Below, piece after piece: positions 9,212 to 18,742 of a stretch of 58,634 nt of DNA. A program made the translations under genes and the position numbers. The DNA is from Pyrinomonadaceae bacterium (GTDB taxonomy: Bacteria > Acidobacteriota > Blastocatellia > Pyrinomonadales > Pyrinomonadaceae). Every line of letters begins with the position of its first letter. Position 1 is the stretch's first letter. The notes below the pieces were generated by a model. That model ran no database searches. It saw only the letters and a program-made list of their open reading frames with translations, and was not told the origin of the DNA. The stretch lies in the NCBI GenBank assembly GCA_041744555.1, contig JBGTKQ010000146.1, positions 1 to 58,634 on the forward strand. Direction: 5' to 3'.

Positions 9212-11098
9212 TTATTTCAATAGTTCCAACGATACTTCCCACGTAAGACTTTCGCCTTTCCTTAATTGTAAGTTGGCCGCCTCGGCCACAATATGAATGG
9301 GTATAGCACCCAAAACTCCCTTGCCAAGTCGGCCCTCGCCTGCTGCAAGAAGCGAGAACGACGTCCCGGAAAATGGTTTGAAAGTAGCACTTATCGTACC
9401 TTCCCGACCGGTAAGAAGGTAGTTGCCTCTACCATTTTCCTTGGCGATTGTCGCGGTCGAGGGAAGAGCGAATTTCCACGTCTTGATCTCGACATCGACA
9501 TTTGCGGTGATCGTTTCGCTTCGACTTAGACGATCGCCGATCAGTTTCCATTCGACCACACTCCTTAGACCATTCTCAAATCGCTCGCCGGATCTGCTGC
9601 CAATAAGCGCCCATTTATTATTCACTGTTTTGAGCGACATTCGATCAGATCCTGCGACCACCACGTCTGAGCCGTCAGACGCTGAATATGTCCTCCCGTC
9701 AGCGAGCGTAATGAATGGAATGAACGAGGGATAGACTTCTTCGACCGGTGCCGAGAAACCTGCTAGGCCATGCGGAGCGGGAAGATAATCGGCAATCCCG
9801 GGCTTTGTTCCGACGGTAACAGGTAACGCAAACTGCAGCTTGCCTTGTCGGACGAACCATACGCCCAACTGTTTGTCGGTCCTTTTTTCGAAAAGCTCGA
9901 ACCGAGCCACATTCGGAAGCGTCGGTGCGGCCGGGAACGAGGCTATCTTTTCGCGTTCAAGCGCTCGAACAAAGGAATTGTGGGCCAAGATCATCTTGCC
10001 AAAACCGGTGCCGGTTTGCTGCCATTCACGTTTCGGATTTATGTATGAGTAATTGCCGCGGCCGTAACCGAACACGTTGAACATGTGCGTTTCGTCGTTG
10101 TAATCCGCTCTAACCCAACGCCAAGCTTGATTGTAAAGAGCCGCGAGTTCCGTAAACGGAGCCGGACGAAACTCCGGATTGTCGCCAAGATAACCGACGA
10201 TTTCGAGCGTGTCCAAATAGCTCACGAGCCCCTGACTTCGTCCCCAGTTATAACCGTAACCAGCCGGATTGACCAGATCCCACCAGACCTTCATTTGATG
10301 TTTCAGCGATGGTTTGAGCTTTTCCTTGATGTCCTCGCGGCCCGCGACATCGGCCGCTTCCCAGCAAAAGCGAGCGTACTCATGGGAATACCGATCGTAA
10401 CGACCCGTCGGAGGGTTATCGTCAGAATAGATCGCACCGCTGGTAAATTGTTCGGCCGCCCGCTCAACGACCGAATCAAGAAATGCGCGGTCCTTTAGTA
10501 CGCCCATCTGAAAACTCATCGCCGCAACACGTGCCGCGACGCCTAAATAATTTTCGGGCAGGTTAATTACCGCTCGTTTCTTTACGTCATAAAATCTCGC
10601 CGGATCGAGCAACGATTGCCATTCTTTTCGTTCGCTGTCGTTCATGCTTTGCCAGACAGCATTTTTCGAAAGGTCGGTGCCGTAATGACGAAGGGCAAGC
10701 GTTGAATAAAGCTGAGCAAAAGCCTTTCCGCCCTGACGTGATTCGATCAAGCCCATTTCGGCAACAGCACGTGCGCTATCTTTTCCGGCGATCGTCCGGT
10801 TTCCGCCAAGATCAGCCTGAGCGGCAAGTGCCCGTGCGTAGCTTCCCCACGAAAACTCACCAACCGTCAATGCGTTAAAGACCCGATCCGGCGGCGGATC
10901 GAGCGTTTTTATATTTGCGAAATGCGCCGCGATCTCTTTCGCCAGAAAATCACGTACTTCCGAGCTTATGGCCGCTGTTGAAATCGTCCTATTCTCGACG
11001 TCGGCTTGCGCCAAGATGCGGGAAGGCGAAAGACAAGTCCACGTTGCGACTAGCAAAATGGAAAGCCGAATCAGTAGGAAAGTCTTCGCATTTGACAT
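9212..11098 (-). CDS. Secreted hypothetical protein (628 aa), candidate carbohydrate-active enzyme
   Basis: Signal peptide (LVATWTCLSPSRILAQA). The long helical-looking N-terminal two-thirds and beta-rich C-terminal third suggest a toroid plus beta-sandwich layout. I recognise no family motif. It sits between the TonB receptor and the cupin on the same strand. Confidence 0.5.
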   Translation of the reverse strand: MSNAKTFLLIRLSILLVATWTCLSPSRILAQADVENRTISTAAISSEVRDFLAKEIAAHFANIKTLDPPPDRVFNALTVGEFSWGSYARALAAQADLGGNRTIAGKDSARAVAEMGLIESRQGGKAFAQLYSTLALRHYGTDLSKNAVWQSMNDSERKEWQSLLDPARFYDVKKRAVINLPENYLGVAARVAAMSFQMGVLKDRAFLDSVVERAAEQFTSGAIYSDDNPPTGRYDRYSHEYARFCWEAADVAGREDIKEKLKPSLKHQMKVWWDLVNPAGYGYNWGRSQGLVSYLDTLEIVGYLGDNPEFRPAPFTELAALYNQAWRWVRADYNDETHMFNVFGYGRGNYSYINPKREWQQTGTGFGKMILAHNSFVRALEREKIASFPAAPTLPNVARFELFEKRTDKQLGVWFVRQGKLQFALPVTVGTKPGIADYLPAPHGLAGFSAPVEEVYPSFIPFITLADGRTYSASDGSDVVVAGSDRMSLKTVNNKWALIGSRSGERFENGLRSVVEWKLIGDRLSRSETITANVDVEIKTWKFALPSTATIAKENGRGNYLLTGREGTISATFKPFSGTSFSLLAAGEGRLGKGVLGAIPIHIVAEAANLQLRKGESLTWEVSLELLK

Positions 11099-11121
11099 TG
11101 TTTTTCTGGTTGGACGGGTGA

Positions 11122-11169
11122 GGATAGAGTTCGAATAAGACTAAAACATAGCTCAGACGAACTCTATCC
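11122..11169 (-). promoter_or_regulatory. Intercistronic stem-loop (12-bp perfect inverted repeat)
   Basis: GGATAGAGTTCG (11122-11133) is the exact reverse complement of CGAACTCTATCC (11158-11169), with a 24-nt loop. It lies between the TonB-receptor stop (11189) and the next start (11098). No T-run follows on the minus strand. Confidence 0.5.
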
Positions 11170-11188
11170 GCTGAAAAAACGCCAGTTC

Positions 11189-14100
11189 CTAAAAACTCAG
11201 ACGCACCCCTAACTGGAGAATACGCATATCACGAGCGCTGCTGATACTTCCGAAAGTTGAGGTGCTCGTCGGCGTCGCGGGGACAGCAGCAGCGGGATTA
11301 TTGTAGTTCACATGATTCAGGATATTGGTCCCTTCCGCACGCAAACGAAGTTTATAACGTTCGCCAAATCTGAAGTCCCGTGAAAGTGCCAGATCAACAA
11401 GACCCAAACCCGGACCATAAAGGAAGTTGCGCGGCGAGGTGCCATCAATCGGAGCACCGGTGACGGCTAGATTCCGAGCAAAAGCATCAGTGTTAAACCA
11501 CCGTTCCGCCGTCGGATTTGACAAACGCGGATCGCCGATCAATTGTGCCCGGTCGGTTCCTGTAACTCCGTCAAGATTCGCATCAACACCGCCGTTGGTT
11601 ACCGTAAACGGTCTTCCGCTACGGATCTTAACGATCGGCGAAATGCTCCAACCATTGAGAATTGCTTTCGCAAATCGACTACCACCATTGTAGAAATCGG
11701 GTCGGAAGTTAAAGCTCATGCTGAAAACGTGACGCTGATCGGTATCGGCCGCTCCATCTTCGGCATCCAGATCGTAATAATTTTGTGCCAATCCTTGGGT
11801 CGTATTGTTGTGGAGTTGAACCGAACTCGTCGTTTTACTAAGCGTATAGAAGCCGTTGAAAGTAAAGAGTCTGTTAAAGCGCATTGAGCTTGTTATTTGC
11901 AAGCCGGTATAATCTGCGCTTTGATCGGAATCCAGAAGTGTGACGGCACCAAATCGAGTATTTGGTCGCCTCGCTTGAACGTTGTTCGTTGCTGGAATTG
12001 GAGTTGTCGTATTAAGGGGAGCGTTGACATCACGCCCAAAGGGCAATTTGCGAGCGAAAACCCTGATAAATGCCGCTCCGACCGTTAACTGGTCGGTGAT
12101 CTGACGTTGAACCGAAATGTTGGTCTGCACGGTGCGGGGAAGCTCGAAATCTTGTGATGGTGCAAAAAAGCCGCCCCCATCTGCAAATGCCCCGTCATAT
12201 GGGAAAGGAATACCGCCCACGTAATTAGTGTACGGATTGGCAAGAGTGGCTCCGGTTCCCCTTCGATTGCGATTGGTAAAGTTCAATCTGGTCGAAGCCG
12301 GCTGGAAATTGGTCTGTGTATTCCACTCGTTGCCCGAGATGCTTCCGTAAAATATGCCGAATGAAGCGCGTATAGAGGTCCTACCATCGCCAAAAGGGTC
12401 GAGAGCAAATCCGAGGCGAGGTGAAATATTGGTGAAACTCACAGGAATTGCACCGCGTTCAACGCCGGGGTCTCCAATAAATAATGCACCAACAGGAGCG
12501 TCGGGCCTGACTATTGACTGTTGTCCGGGAACATAATTGGTCCACCGATCTAAAGGGTCAGTCGGTGGCGTTTGGACGTCCCAGCGGAGCCCCAGATTTA
12601 AGTTCAATCTCGGAGTAACACGGAAATCATCTTGCAAAAAGAGAGCGGTGTACCATGTGTTCGTATAACCTGTAACCGGAGCATCCTGCGTCAAACCACT
12701 AGGAATACCAAGCAGGAAATCTGCGAAACCATTTCCGGTCGCAGTGTTGTTAAATGTAAATACTCCGTAATTGTTGAGCAAAACATCCTGAATGTCCTTG
12801 TTTAGGGTCACCTCGCCACCGAGCTTGATCGAGTGGTTTCCCTTGGTCCAACTGAAAACATCCCGCAAAGAATATAGATTGGTCCCTGCCGTTGGCCCGC
12901 CGATCGCGTTTGTCAACGAGAAAAACCCCGTGACAGTGATCTGCGGTAATGAACCCTTACCTTGTGTACGAAATGATGAACCCAGATCTTCAAGTGTTGT
13001 TTCCGGCGTATTGTTGCGGCCACCAAAACTGCGGGTATATGTAGCCCAGATCTGATTGATCTTGGTTGGTGAAATTATCCAAACATCGCTTACATTTACG
13101 TTGGATTGTCGCCATTTAAAGTCTTGTGTCGCCCACGGAATATTGCCGCTACCAGGAAAGAAGGTCTGACTTCCCCAATTAGTAAAAAAGGTGAAGCTCA
13201 GGCGGTGCGGCCCATTCAATTGATGATCGAGTTTTACCAAGACTTCGTCGGTGTTAACCGGCAGGGGAACATTCGCCTGATAACCCGGCGAACCGTTAGC
13301 ATTGGTAAAATTGGACTGAGGGATGTAGTCGTTTAGGATGCGTAAAGCTACCGGATCGATACGGTTTGCGGGGATAATGCCGTTCGGAAAAGGCGTGGCG
13401 TTGCCAAGAGTTGTTCCAGTCGCGGGATCTCGTGGTCGGCTAGCTGCCGATAAGGCACTAAAATCACCCGTACGGAAAGCCGCTGATGGCAGTGTCGCAC
13501 CAGATAAGAATGTGCTCGTATTTTGACGCAGCCCGGAATAACTTCCAAAGAAAAATGTTCGATCTTTAATTATTGGTCCACCAAATGCACCGCCAAACTG
13601 ATTTCGCCGATACGGGGCTTTTTCAAGTACCGAATTCCAATCATTTGCGTTAAATGCATCGTTTCGCACATATTCGTAAAGCGATCCATTAAACCGATTG
13701 GTGCCTGACTTGGTGATAATATTAATAATTCCACTAGCGAATCGACCATACTCGGCACCGTAGGCATTGGTAGTTATCCTGAACTCCTGAACCGCTTCCG
13801 GATTTGGCGCTACATTCCCGGTATTGCGCAGGTTGGTCATATTGACGCCGCCATCAAGAAAATAGTTAACTGACCCGGTTCCACCATCGGTTCCGCCATT
13901 AATAAGCGTTCGCTGCTCTGGAAAACCTAGAGTACTCGGGAGGTTACCTTGATTTGTATTCGAAATACCAGCATTGTTTGATTGCACACCAGGTGTCAGA
14001 TCGAGCAGAGCAAATACGTTACGTTCGACAAGGGGAAGGTTTTCGATCTCCTGTGATTGAATAGTGCGGCCAAGCTCCGCGTTGCCTGTGTTCACCTCGG

Positions 14101-14515
14101 GCGGAGCCGTGGTTATAGTCACCTCTTCATTGACGGCACCCACTTCGAGGGCAATATCTACCCTCTGAGTATCGTTGACGCTGAGGGCAATACCCTCCTG
14201 TCTTGCCTTTTTGAAGCCGGAACTTGCCGTGACCTCAACGACGTAATTACCAACCGGAAGAAACTCAAGTCGGTAATAACCGTCTTCGCCAGAGACCACG
14301 GTTCGTGTAAGACCGGTGTCAATATTCCGCGCGGTGATAGTTGCGGCCGGAACCTGTGCACCGCTGGCGTCAGAGATAGTACCGACGATCGTCGCGGTCG
14401 TAACCTGAGCGACGACCGGCATCGAGACGGCGAAAAGAACCGTAAGGAGAGCCAGTGTTCCTAAACTATCCCATCGAGCCTTTATTAAACTTAGAACCCC
14501 GCTGTGTTTTTTCAT
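11189..14515 (-). CDS. TonB-dependent outer-membrane receptor with N-terminal CarboxypepD_reg-like domain
   Basis: 1108 aa. Signal peptide, then a carboxypeptidase-regulatory-like beta-sandwich (TATIVGTISDASGAQVPAATITARNIDTGLTR...YYRLEFLPVGNYVVEV), a plug, a long barrel and the aromatic C-terminus LGVRLSF. AGGAG RBS upstream. Confidence 0.9.
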   Translation of the reverse strand: MKKHSGVLSLIKARWDSLGTLALLTVLFAVSMPVVAQVTTATIVGTISDASGAQVPAATITARNIDTGLTRTVVSGEDGYYRLEFLPVGNYVVEVTASSGFKKARQEGIALSVNDTQRVDIALEVGAVNEEVTITTAPPEVNTGNAELGRTIQSQEIENLPLVERNVFALLDLTPGVQSNNAGISNTNQGNLPSTLGFPEQRTLINGGTDGGTGSVNYFLDGGVNMTNLRNTGNVAPNPEAVQEFRITTNAYGAEYGRFASGIINIITKSGTNRFNGSLYEYVRNDAFNANDWNSVLEKAPYRRNQFGGAFGGPIIKDRTFFFGSYSGLRQNTSTFLSGATLPSAAFRTGDFSALSAASRPRDPATGTTLGNATPFPNGIIPANRIDPVALRILNDYIPQSNFTNANGSPGYQANVPLPVNTDEVLVKLDHQLNGPHRLSFTFFTNWGSQTFFPGSGNIPWATQDFKWRQSNVNVSDVWIISPTKINQIWATYTRSFGGRNNTPETTLEDLGSSFRTQGKGSLPQITVTGFFSLTNAIGGPTAGTNLYSLRDVFSWTKGNHSIKLGGEVTLNKDIQDVLLNNYGVFTFNNTATGNGFADFLLGIPSGLTQDAPVTGYTNTWYTALFLQDDFRVTPRLNLNLGLRWDVQTPPTDPLDRWTNYVPGQQSIVRPDAPVGALFIGDPGVERGAIPVSFTNISPRLGFALDPFGDGRTSIRASFGIFYGSISGNEWNTQTNFQPASTRLNFTNRNRRGTGATLANPYTNYVGGIPFPYDGAFADGGGFFAPSQDFELPRTVQTNISVQRQITDQLTVGAAFIRVFARKLPFGRDVNAPLNTTTPIPATNNVQARRPNTRFGAVTLLDSDQSADYTGLQITSSMRFNRLFTFNGFYTLSKTTSSVQLHNNTTQGLAQNYYDLDAEDGAADTDQRHVFSMSFNFRPDFYNGGSRFAKAILNGWSISPIVKIRSGRPFTVTNGGVDANLDGVTGTDRAQLIGDPRLSNPTAERWFNTDAFARNLAVTGAPIDGTSPRNFLYGPGLGLVDLALSRDFRFGERYKLRLRAEGTNILNHVNYNNPAAAVPATPTSTSTFGSISSARDMRILQLGVRLSF

Positions 14516-14611
14516 TTCTCTGATTCTCCTTTCTGATTCAAATTTGCCAAATTCTTAATGATCCGAATGCTTGTTCGGTCGCACTACCCCCGACGAGCGC
14601 TATAGTTTTCT

Positions 14612-15838
14612 TTACGCGACCTTCGGAGCTGCGAACGCCGGAGCGGTCACTAACGCAACGGCACCACGAAGACGCGGATATTCGCTCGCCGGAACGATCC
14701 GGATCGAAGTTTCCCCTAGTTCTGAAATAAGTGTTCGTTCGCGTATCGCTTCGCGAACAAGATGTTCGATCAGGTCCCACGCTTCGGTGATCTCGCCACC
14801 GATGAATATCCGCGACGGGTCGACCGCATTTATGATTGAAGCCAGTCCAAGCCCTAAATATCTTGCCGTAGAGTGAAGAGCCGTAATAGCTCGGCTGTCG
14901 TTACTGCGGGCTCGAGCAATAAGATCGTCGATCGTAAAATCTGCAATTTCTATCGTCTGCGGCTTTCGATCGGCGACATTTCGACCGAAGTATCGCGAAA
15001 GTGTCGCAAGGTTCGATATGTAAGTCTCCCAACATCCGTTCGCACCGCAAGAACATTTTGGACCGTCAATACTCAAAGGAACATGCCCAAATTCACCGGC
15101 GGTATTGTGACGCCCACGGACAAGTTCGCCGTTCAACACGATGCCGACACCCACACCGTCAGATACGCTGACGAAGACAATGTCATTCGCTACGGTTCCA
15201 TCGCCTCTGACAGACCAGATCTGCGATAAAGCGCATGCTCGACCGGAGTTTTCAAGATGAATGTCAATATCACCGAACTCTTTGACGAGCTGCGCAACGA
15301 GGTTAACATTTCGCCACTTAAGTGCAGGAGCATTTAGAACTACGCCTGTTTTGTGGTTGACCATTCCCGGAATCACAAAGCCCATTCCGTCAACTGTCGC
15401 ATCAGATGATATATCGCTCAGTGCTCTTCGTACGTGAAGGGCAAGCGTCTCGACAAACATTTCTGGTTGAAGTGCGGTCGGGAAGCTGACGATCTCGCCG
15501 AGTTGCTTTCCGATGGAATCCGTCACCATCAAGAACGTCTTCGATGCACGGACGTCGACGGCAACAGCCACCCGGTTTTTTGAGTTGAGGTAAAGAAATG
15601 TCGGCTTCCGCCCACGAACCTTTTCATTGCCCTGAGCACCTTCGCGAACCAAGCCCTCATCCAGCAGTTCGTTCACCAAAAGCGTTATGTTCGCCCTATT
15701 GGTTTCCATCAATCGCGATAGGCCGGCCCGCGAAACCGGCTGATGCGTGCGGATCAGGGTCAGAGCGATCTGGCGATTGATGTCGCGCGATGTGCCGCGC
15801 TTAGCCAAGGTAAAGTCGTGTGGATTGATCTTTCTCAC
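14612..15838 (-). CDS. ROK-family transcriptional regulator (NagC/XylR type)
   Basis: N-terminal wHTH, ROK sugar-kinase-like fold, zinc motif CSCGANGCWETY. GTG start. Confidence 0.88.
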   Translation of the reverse strand: MRKINPHDFTLAKRGTSRDINRQIALTLIRTHQPVSRAGLSRLMETNRANITLLVNELLDEGLVREGAQGNEKVRGRKPTFLYLNSKNRVAVAVDVRASKTFLMVTDSIGKQLGEIVSFPTALQPEMFVETLALHVRRALSDISSDATVDGMGFVIPGMVNHKTGVVLNAPALKWRNVNLVAQLVKEFGDIDIHLENSGRACALSQIWSVRGDGTVANDIVFVSVSDGVGVGIVLNGELVRGRHNTAGEFGHVPLSIDGPKCSCGANGCWETYISNLATLSRYFGRNVADRKPQTIEIADFTIDDLIARARSNDSRAITALHSTARYLGLGLASIINAVDPSRIFIGGEITEAWDLIEHLVREAIRERTLISELGETSIRIVPASEYPRLRGAVALVTAPAFAAPKVA

Positions 15839-15841
15839 TAA

Positions 15842-15862
15842 TTTGTTTGATAGTCTAACAAA
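15842..15862. promoter_or_regulatory. Candidate operator: imperfect palindrome TTTGTTTGA-TAG-TCTAACAAA
   Basis: Lies 4-24 nt upstream of the ROK regulator start. The 9-mer TTTGTTAGA recurs on the other strand at 15966-15974. AT-rich AAACAAA-type palindromes resemble ROK (XylR/NagC) operators. Confidence 0.35.
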
Positions 15863-16127
15863 AAGCCATATCTGAGCGGAAAAAACCCCTTTCTAACCAA
15901 TGAACTTCTCAACCTACTCGTTGCCGGCCCGTTTATGAAAGATTTATGTGTTAAGACAATTTGAATTTGTTAGAACCTTTGACATAATACACCGAAACGA
16001 AATCACGTCAAGTAAAATCTACACGAATCTGGAAAATCGCATTTTTGCGGTCATTTTTGAACCAGATCGACGAATTGCCTGAAACAAAGCGTGGCATCGT
16101 TGCGTCCAGCAGGAAGACCGGGTACAT

Positions 16128-16145
16128 AAATTGGTCATACCAATT
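16128..16145. promoter_or_regulatory. Candidate GntR-type (UxuR/ExuR-like) operator AAATTGGT-CAT-ACCAATT
   Basis: Perfect 7-bp arms AATTGGT (16129-16135) and ACCAATT (16139-16145) with a 3-nt spacer. It closely resembles the enterobacterial hexuronate-regulon box AAATTGGTATACCAATTT as I recall it. Confidence 0.4.
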
Positions 16146-16211
16146 GGGAATTAAGTAGCTTCCCCGCGGTTTTTATGTAAACTTGATGTTAGAAAATTTG
16201 TGTGATATTAA

Positions 16212-16225
16212 GGTAACGTTAACAC
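16212..16225. promoter_or_regulatory. Candidate LacI-family operator (GGTAACGTTAACAC)
   Basis: Core palindrome TAACGTTA (16214-16221) contains the central CG typical of LacI/GalR operators. It lies 19 nt upstream of the LacI-family gene and is flanked by TTTGTGT (16197-16203) / ACACAAA (16222-16228). Confidence 0.45.
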
Positions 16226-16243
16226 AAAGCGTTTCCATTTCGT

Positions 16244-17305
16244 ATGAGCGAAGCAACAAAGAGAAAACCCGCAACCCTTAGCGACGTTGCAAGCGCCGTC
16301 GGCGTCGCTCCGATGACCGTTTCCCGTGTCATTAGTGGAAACGGATACGTCAGCGACGAGATGCGTGAAAAGGTAATGGAGGCAGTTAAGCGATTAAATT
16401 ATCGGCGCAATGGTGTCGCTAGAAATCTAAAGCGGCAAAAGACCGAAACGGTTGGTTTGGTGATCGGCGATATTTCTAATCCTTACTCGACCGAGCTCGC
16501 AAATGCCGTACGAGAAAGCCTATCGGCTCACGGGTATAACTTGTTTATTTGCATCAGTGAACATAGCGCGAAGGAAGATATTTCCGCATTTGATTCGCTT
16601 GTAGATCACAACGTTGACGGGATCATCGTTGCCACCCGTTCCAATCAGGAAGGTAATGAGCGATTGGCTGAGATCGCGGATAGCAACGTGGCCGTTGTTG
16701 TGGTCGGTCGTGATTTTCAGCATCCATCGGTCGATTCGATCTCGACGGATAATTTCACCGGCGGATTTGAAGCGACGCAGCATTTGATCGATCTCGGACA
16801 CAAGAGAATTGGGTTCATCGGCGCAGCGTTTGAAAATCGCAAAAACCTGAAGCGGCTCCAAGGGTATTTAAGTGCGCTTACGAAGCACGAGATTCCGGTC
16901 GACGAAAGGTTGATCACCGGTGGACGGGAATCGCTTACTGGCGTACCGGGCTATTCGACCGAATCGATCGGCTACGAAAGTATGAAACGTCTGCTTTCGC
17001 TTCCGAATCGGCCAACCGCCATCTTCGCTCGGAATGATTTTACAGCCGTTGGGGCGATGACCGCAGTCAACGAAGCCGGCTTACAAATACCCAAAGATCT
17101 TGCGATCGTCGGGTTTGACGATACGCCGTTGGCTCTCCATACAATGCCCGCTTTAACAACGGTCAGACAGCCAATGCGGATACAGGGCCAACTCGCTTCT
17201 GAGATGCTTCTCGGTCGGATCAAGAGCAGGGACGTTCAGGATCCGATCAAGCGGGTTCTGGATTGCGAACTTATCATTCGAGAATCGACCGTAACACTGA
17301 GGTGA
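16244..17305 (+). CDS. LacI-family transcriptional regulator
   Basis: N-terminal HTH TLSDVASAVGVAPMTVSRVISG plus a periplasmic-binding-protein-like sugar-binding domain. Confidence 0.92.
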   Translation: MSEATKRKPATLSDVASAVGVAPMTVSRVISGNGYVSDEMREKVMEAVKRLNYRRNGVARNLKRQKTETVGLVIGDISNPYSTELANAVRESLSAHGYNLFICISEHSAKEDISAFDSLVDHNVDGIIVATRSNQEGNERLAEIADSNVAVVVVGRDFQHPSVDSISTDNFTGGFEATQHLIDLGHKRIGFIGAAFENRKNLKRLQGYLSALTKHEIPVDERLITGGRESLTGVPGYSTESIGYESMKRLLSLPNRPTAIFARNDFTAVGAMTAVNEAGLQIPKDLAIVGFDDTPLALHTMPALTTVRQPMRIQGQLASEMLLGRIKSRDVQDPIKRVLDCELIIRESTVTLR

Positions 17306-17359
17306 AAACGATACTGGGAATCCAGTTGGACGGCGAAATCGCTATTAACAGAAAGACAA

Positions 17360-18703
17360 ATGGAAGATCAACAATCGGAAAGCGGGTTCAAGATACGAGG
17401 CCTTCGGTGGATAATCATCGGCCTTGTTTTCTTTGCGACACTGATCAATTATGTCGATCGGCTGACCATCTCGGTCCTCGCTCCGCTTATTACGAAAGAG
17501 CTTAATCTTTCTAATACCGAGTTCGGCGGTATCGCGACCTGGTTCTTATTCGCGTACACGATCAGCCAATCGCTTTCCGGAAAACTCTACGACAAGATCG
17601 GGATCAAGAAGGGATTTACGGTCTCGATCGTTGTCTGGTCGCTTGCGGCAATGGCTCACTCGTTTGCGATCGGGATAAAGTCGCTTAGTGCGTTCCGGTT
17701 CATTCTTGGTTTGGGCGAAGCAGGGAACTGGCCAGGCGCCGCGAAAACAGTCGCCGAATGGTTCCCAGCTCGGCAACGTGCTCTGGGGATGGCGATCTTC
17801 AACAGTGGAGCCGCTATCGGGTCGATCGTCGCGCCGCCGATAATTGTTGGATTGACAGCCTACTTTGGTCATTGGCAGCAAACATTTATCGTCACCGGCG
17901 CACTAGGTTTCGTTTGGCTGATCGCATGGTGGCTGATCTACGATCGACCGGAAACACATAAATGGCTTACTCGCAAAGAACTGGCGTTGATTCGGGAAGA
18001 TGAAACTGAAACCGAGCCGGTACCAGCGCCCGAGACCACGGTCGGCGCCGAATTGCAGCAAACGGTCGCGGAAGAAAAAGCGATCGGTTGGTTCGAATTA
18101 CTTCGTTATCGTCAGACATGGGCGATCGTTCTTTCCCGTTTTCTGGTCGATCCTGTTTGGTGGCTTTACATTACATGGCTTCCGCTATTTCTCAGCCAAG
18201 TTCACGGTTTTGATCTCAAACAGATCGGACTGTTTGCGTGGGTTCCGTATGTCGCGGCAGACGCCGGAAGCCTTTTTGGCGGATGGCTTTCAGGTTCCTT
18301 GATCGGACGCGGCTGGACGGTAAACGCTGCCCGCAAAATAGTGATCGGGTTCGCGGCCCTCTTGATGCCGGCCGGGATTCTTGCCGCGTACACGCCGGAT
18401 TCGATGACTGCGCTGGCGTTGATCGGTGTGGTGCTGTTTGGTTTCCAGGTGTGGATCAACAACGTGCAGACGCTTCCGAGCGATTTCTATCCGTCGAAAG
18501 CTGTCGGCTCGGTTGCCGGGCTCGGCGGCACTGGCGCAGGCATCGGGTCAATGATATTTATTTTCACGACCGGCTGGGTCGTCGATAATTTTTCGTACAC
18601 GCCGATACTCGTGGCGGCCGGTTTGCTTGCACCGATCGGGACGATCGTGTTGTTCGTCTTAGCCGGAGACATCAAGAAAGTTAGATTAGAGACGCCAAGA
18701 TAA
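17360..18703 (+). CDS. MFS transporter, hexuronate (ExuT-like, ACS family)
   Basis: 12-TM MFS. The N-terminal block RWIIIGLVFFATLINYVDR and GEAGNWPGAAK are typical of ExuT-type transporters. Confidence 0.8.
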   Translation: MEDQQSESGFKIRGLRWIIIGLVFFATLINYVDRLTISVLAPLITKELNLSNTEFGGIATWFLFAYTISQSLSGKLYDKIGIKKGFTVSIVVWSLAAMAHSFAIGIKSLSAFRFILGLGEAGNWPGAAKTVAEWFPARQRALGMAIFNSGAAIGSIVAPPIIVGLTAYFGHWQQTFIVTGALGFVWLIAWWLIYDRPETHKWLTRKELALIREDETETEPVPAPETTVGAELQQTVAEEKAIGWFELLRYRQTWAIVLSRFLVDPVWWLYITWLPLFLSQVHGFDLKQIGLFAWVPYVAADAGSLFGGWLSGSLIGRGWTVNAARKIVIGFAALLMPAGILAAYTPDSMTALALIGVVLFGFQVWINNVQTLPSDFYPSKAVGSVAGLGGTGAGIGSMIFIFTTGWVVDNFSYTPILVAAGLLAPIGTIVLFVLAGDIKKVRLETPR

Positions 18704-18742
18704 CTTTGACGATCTTTGGATCTTAGGAGCAGTTAATTTTTT

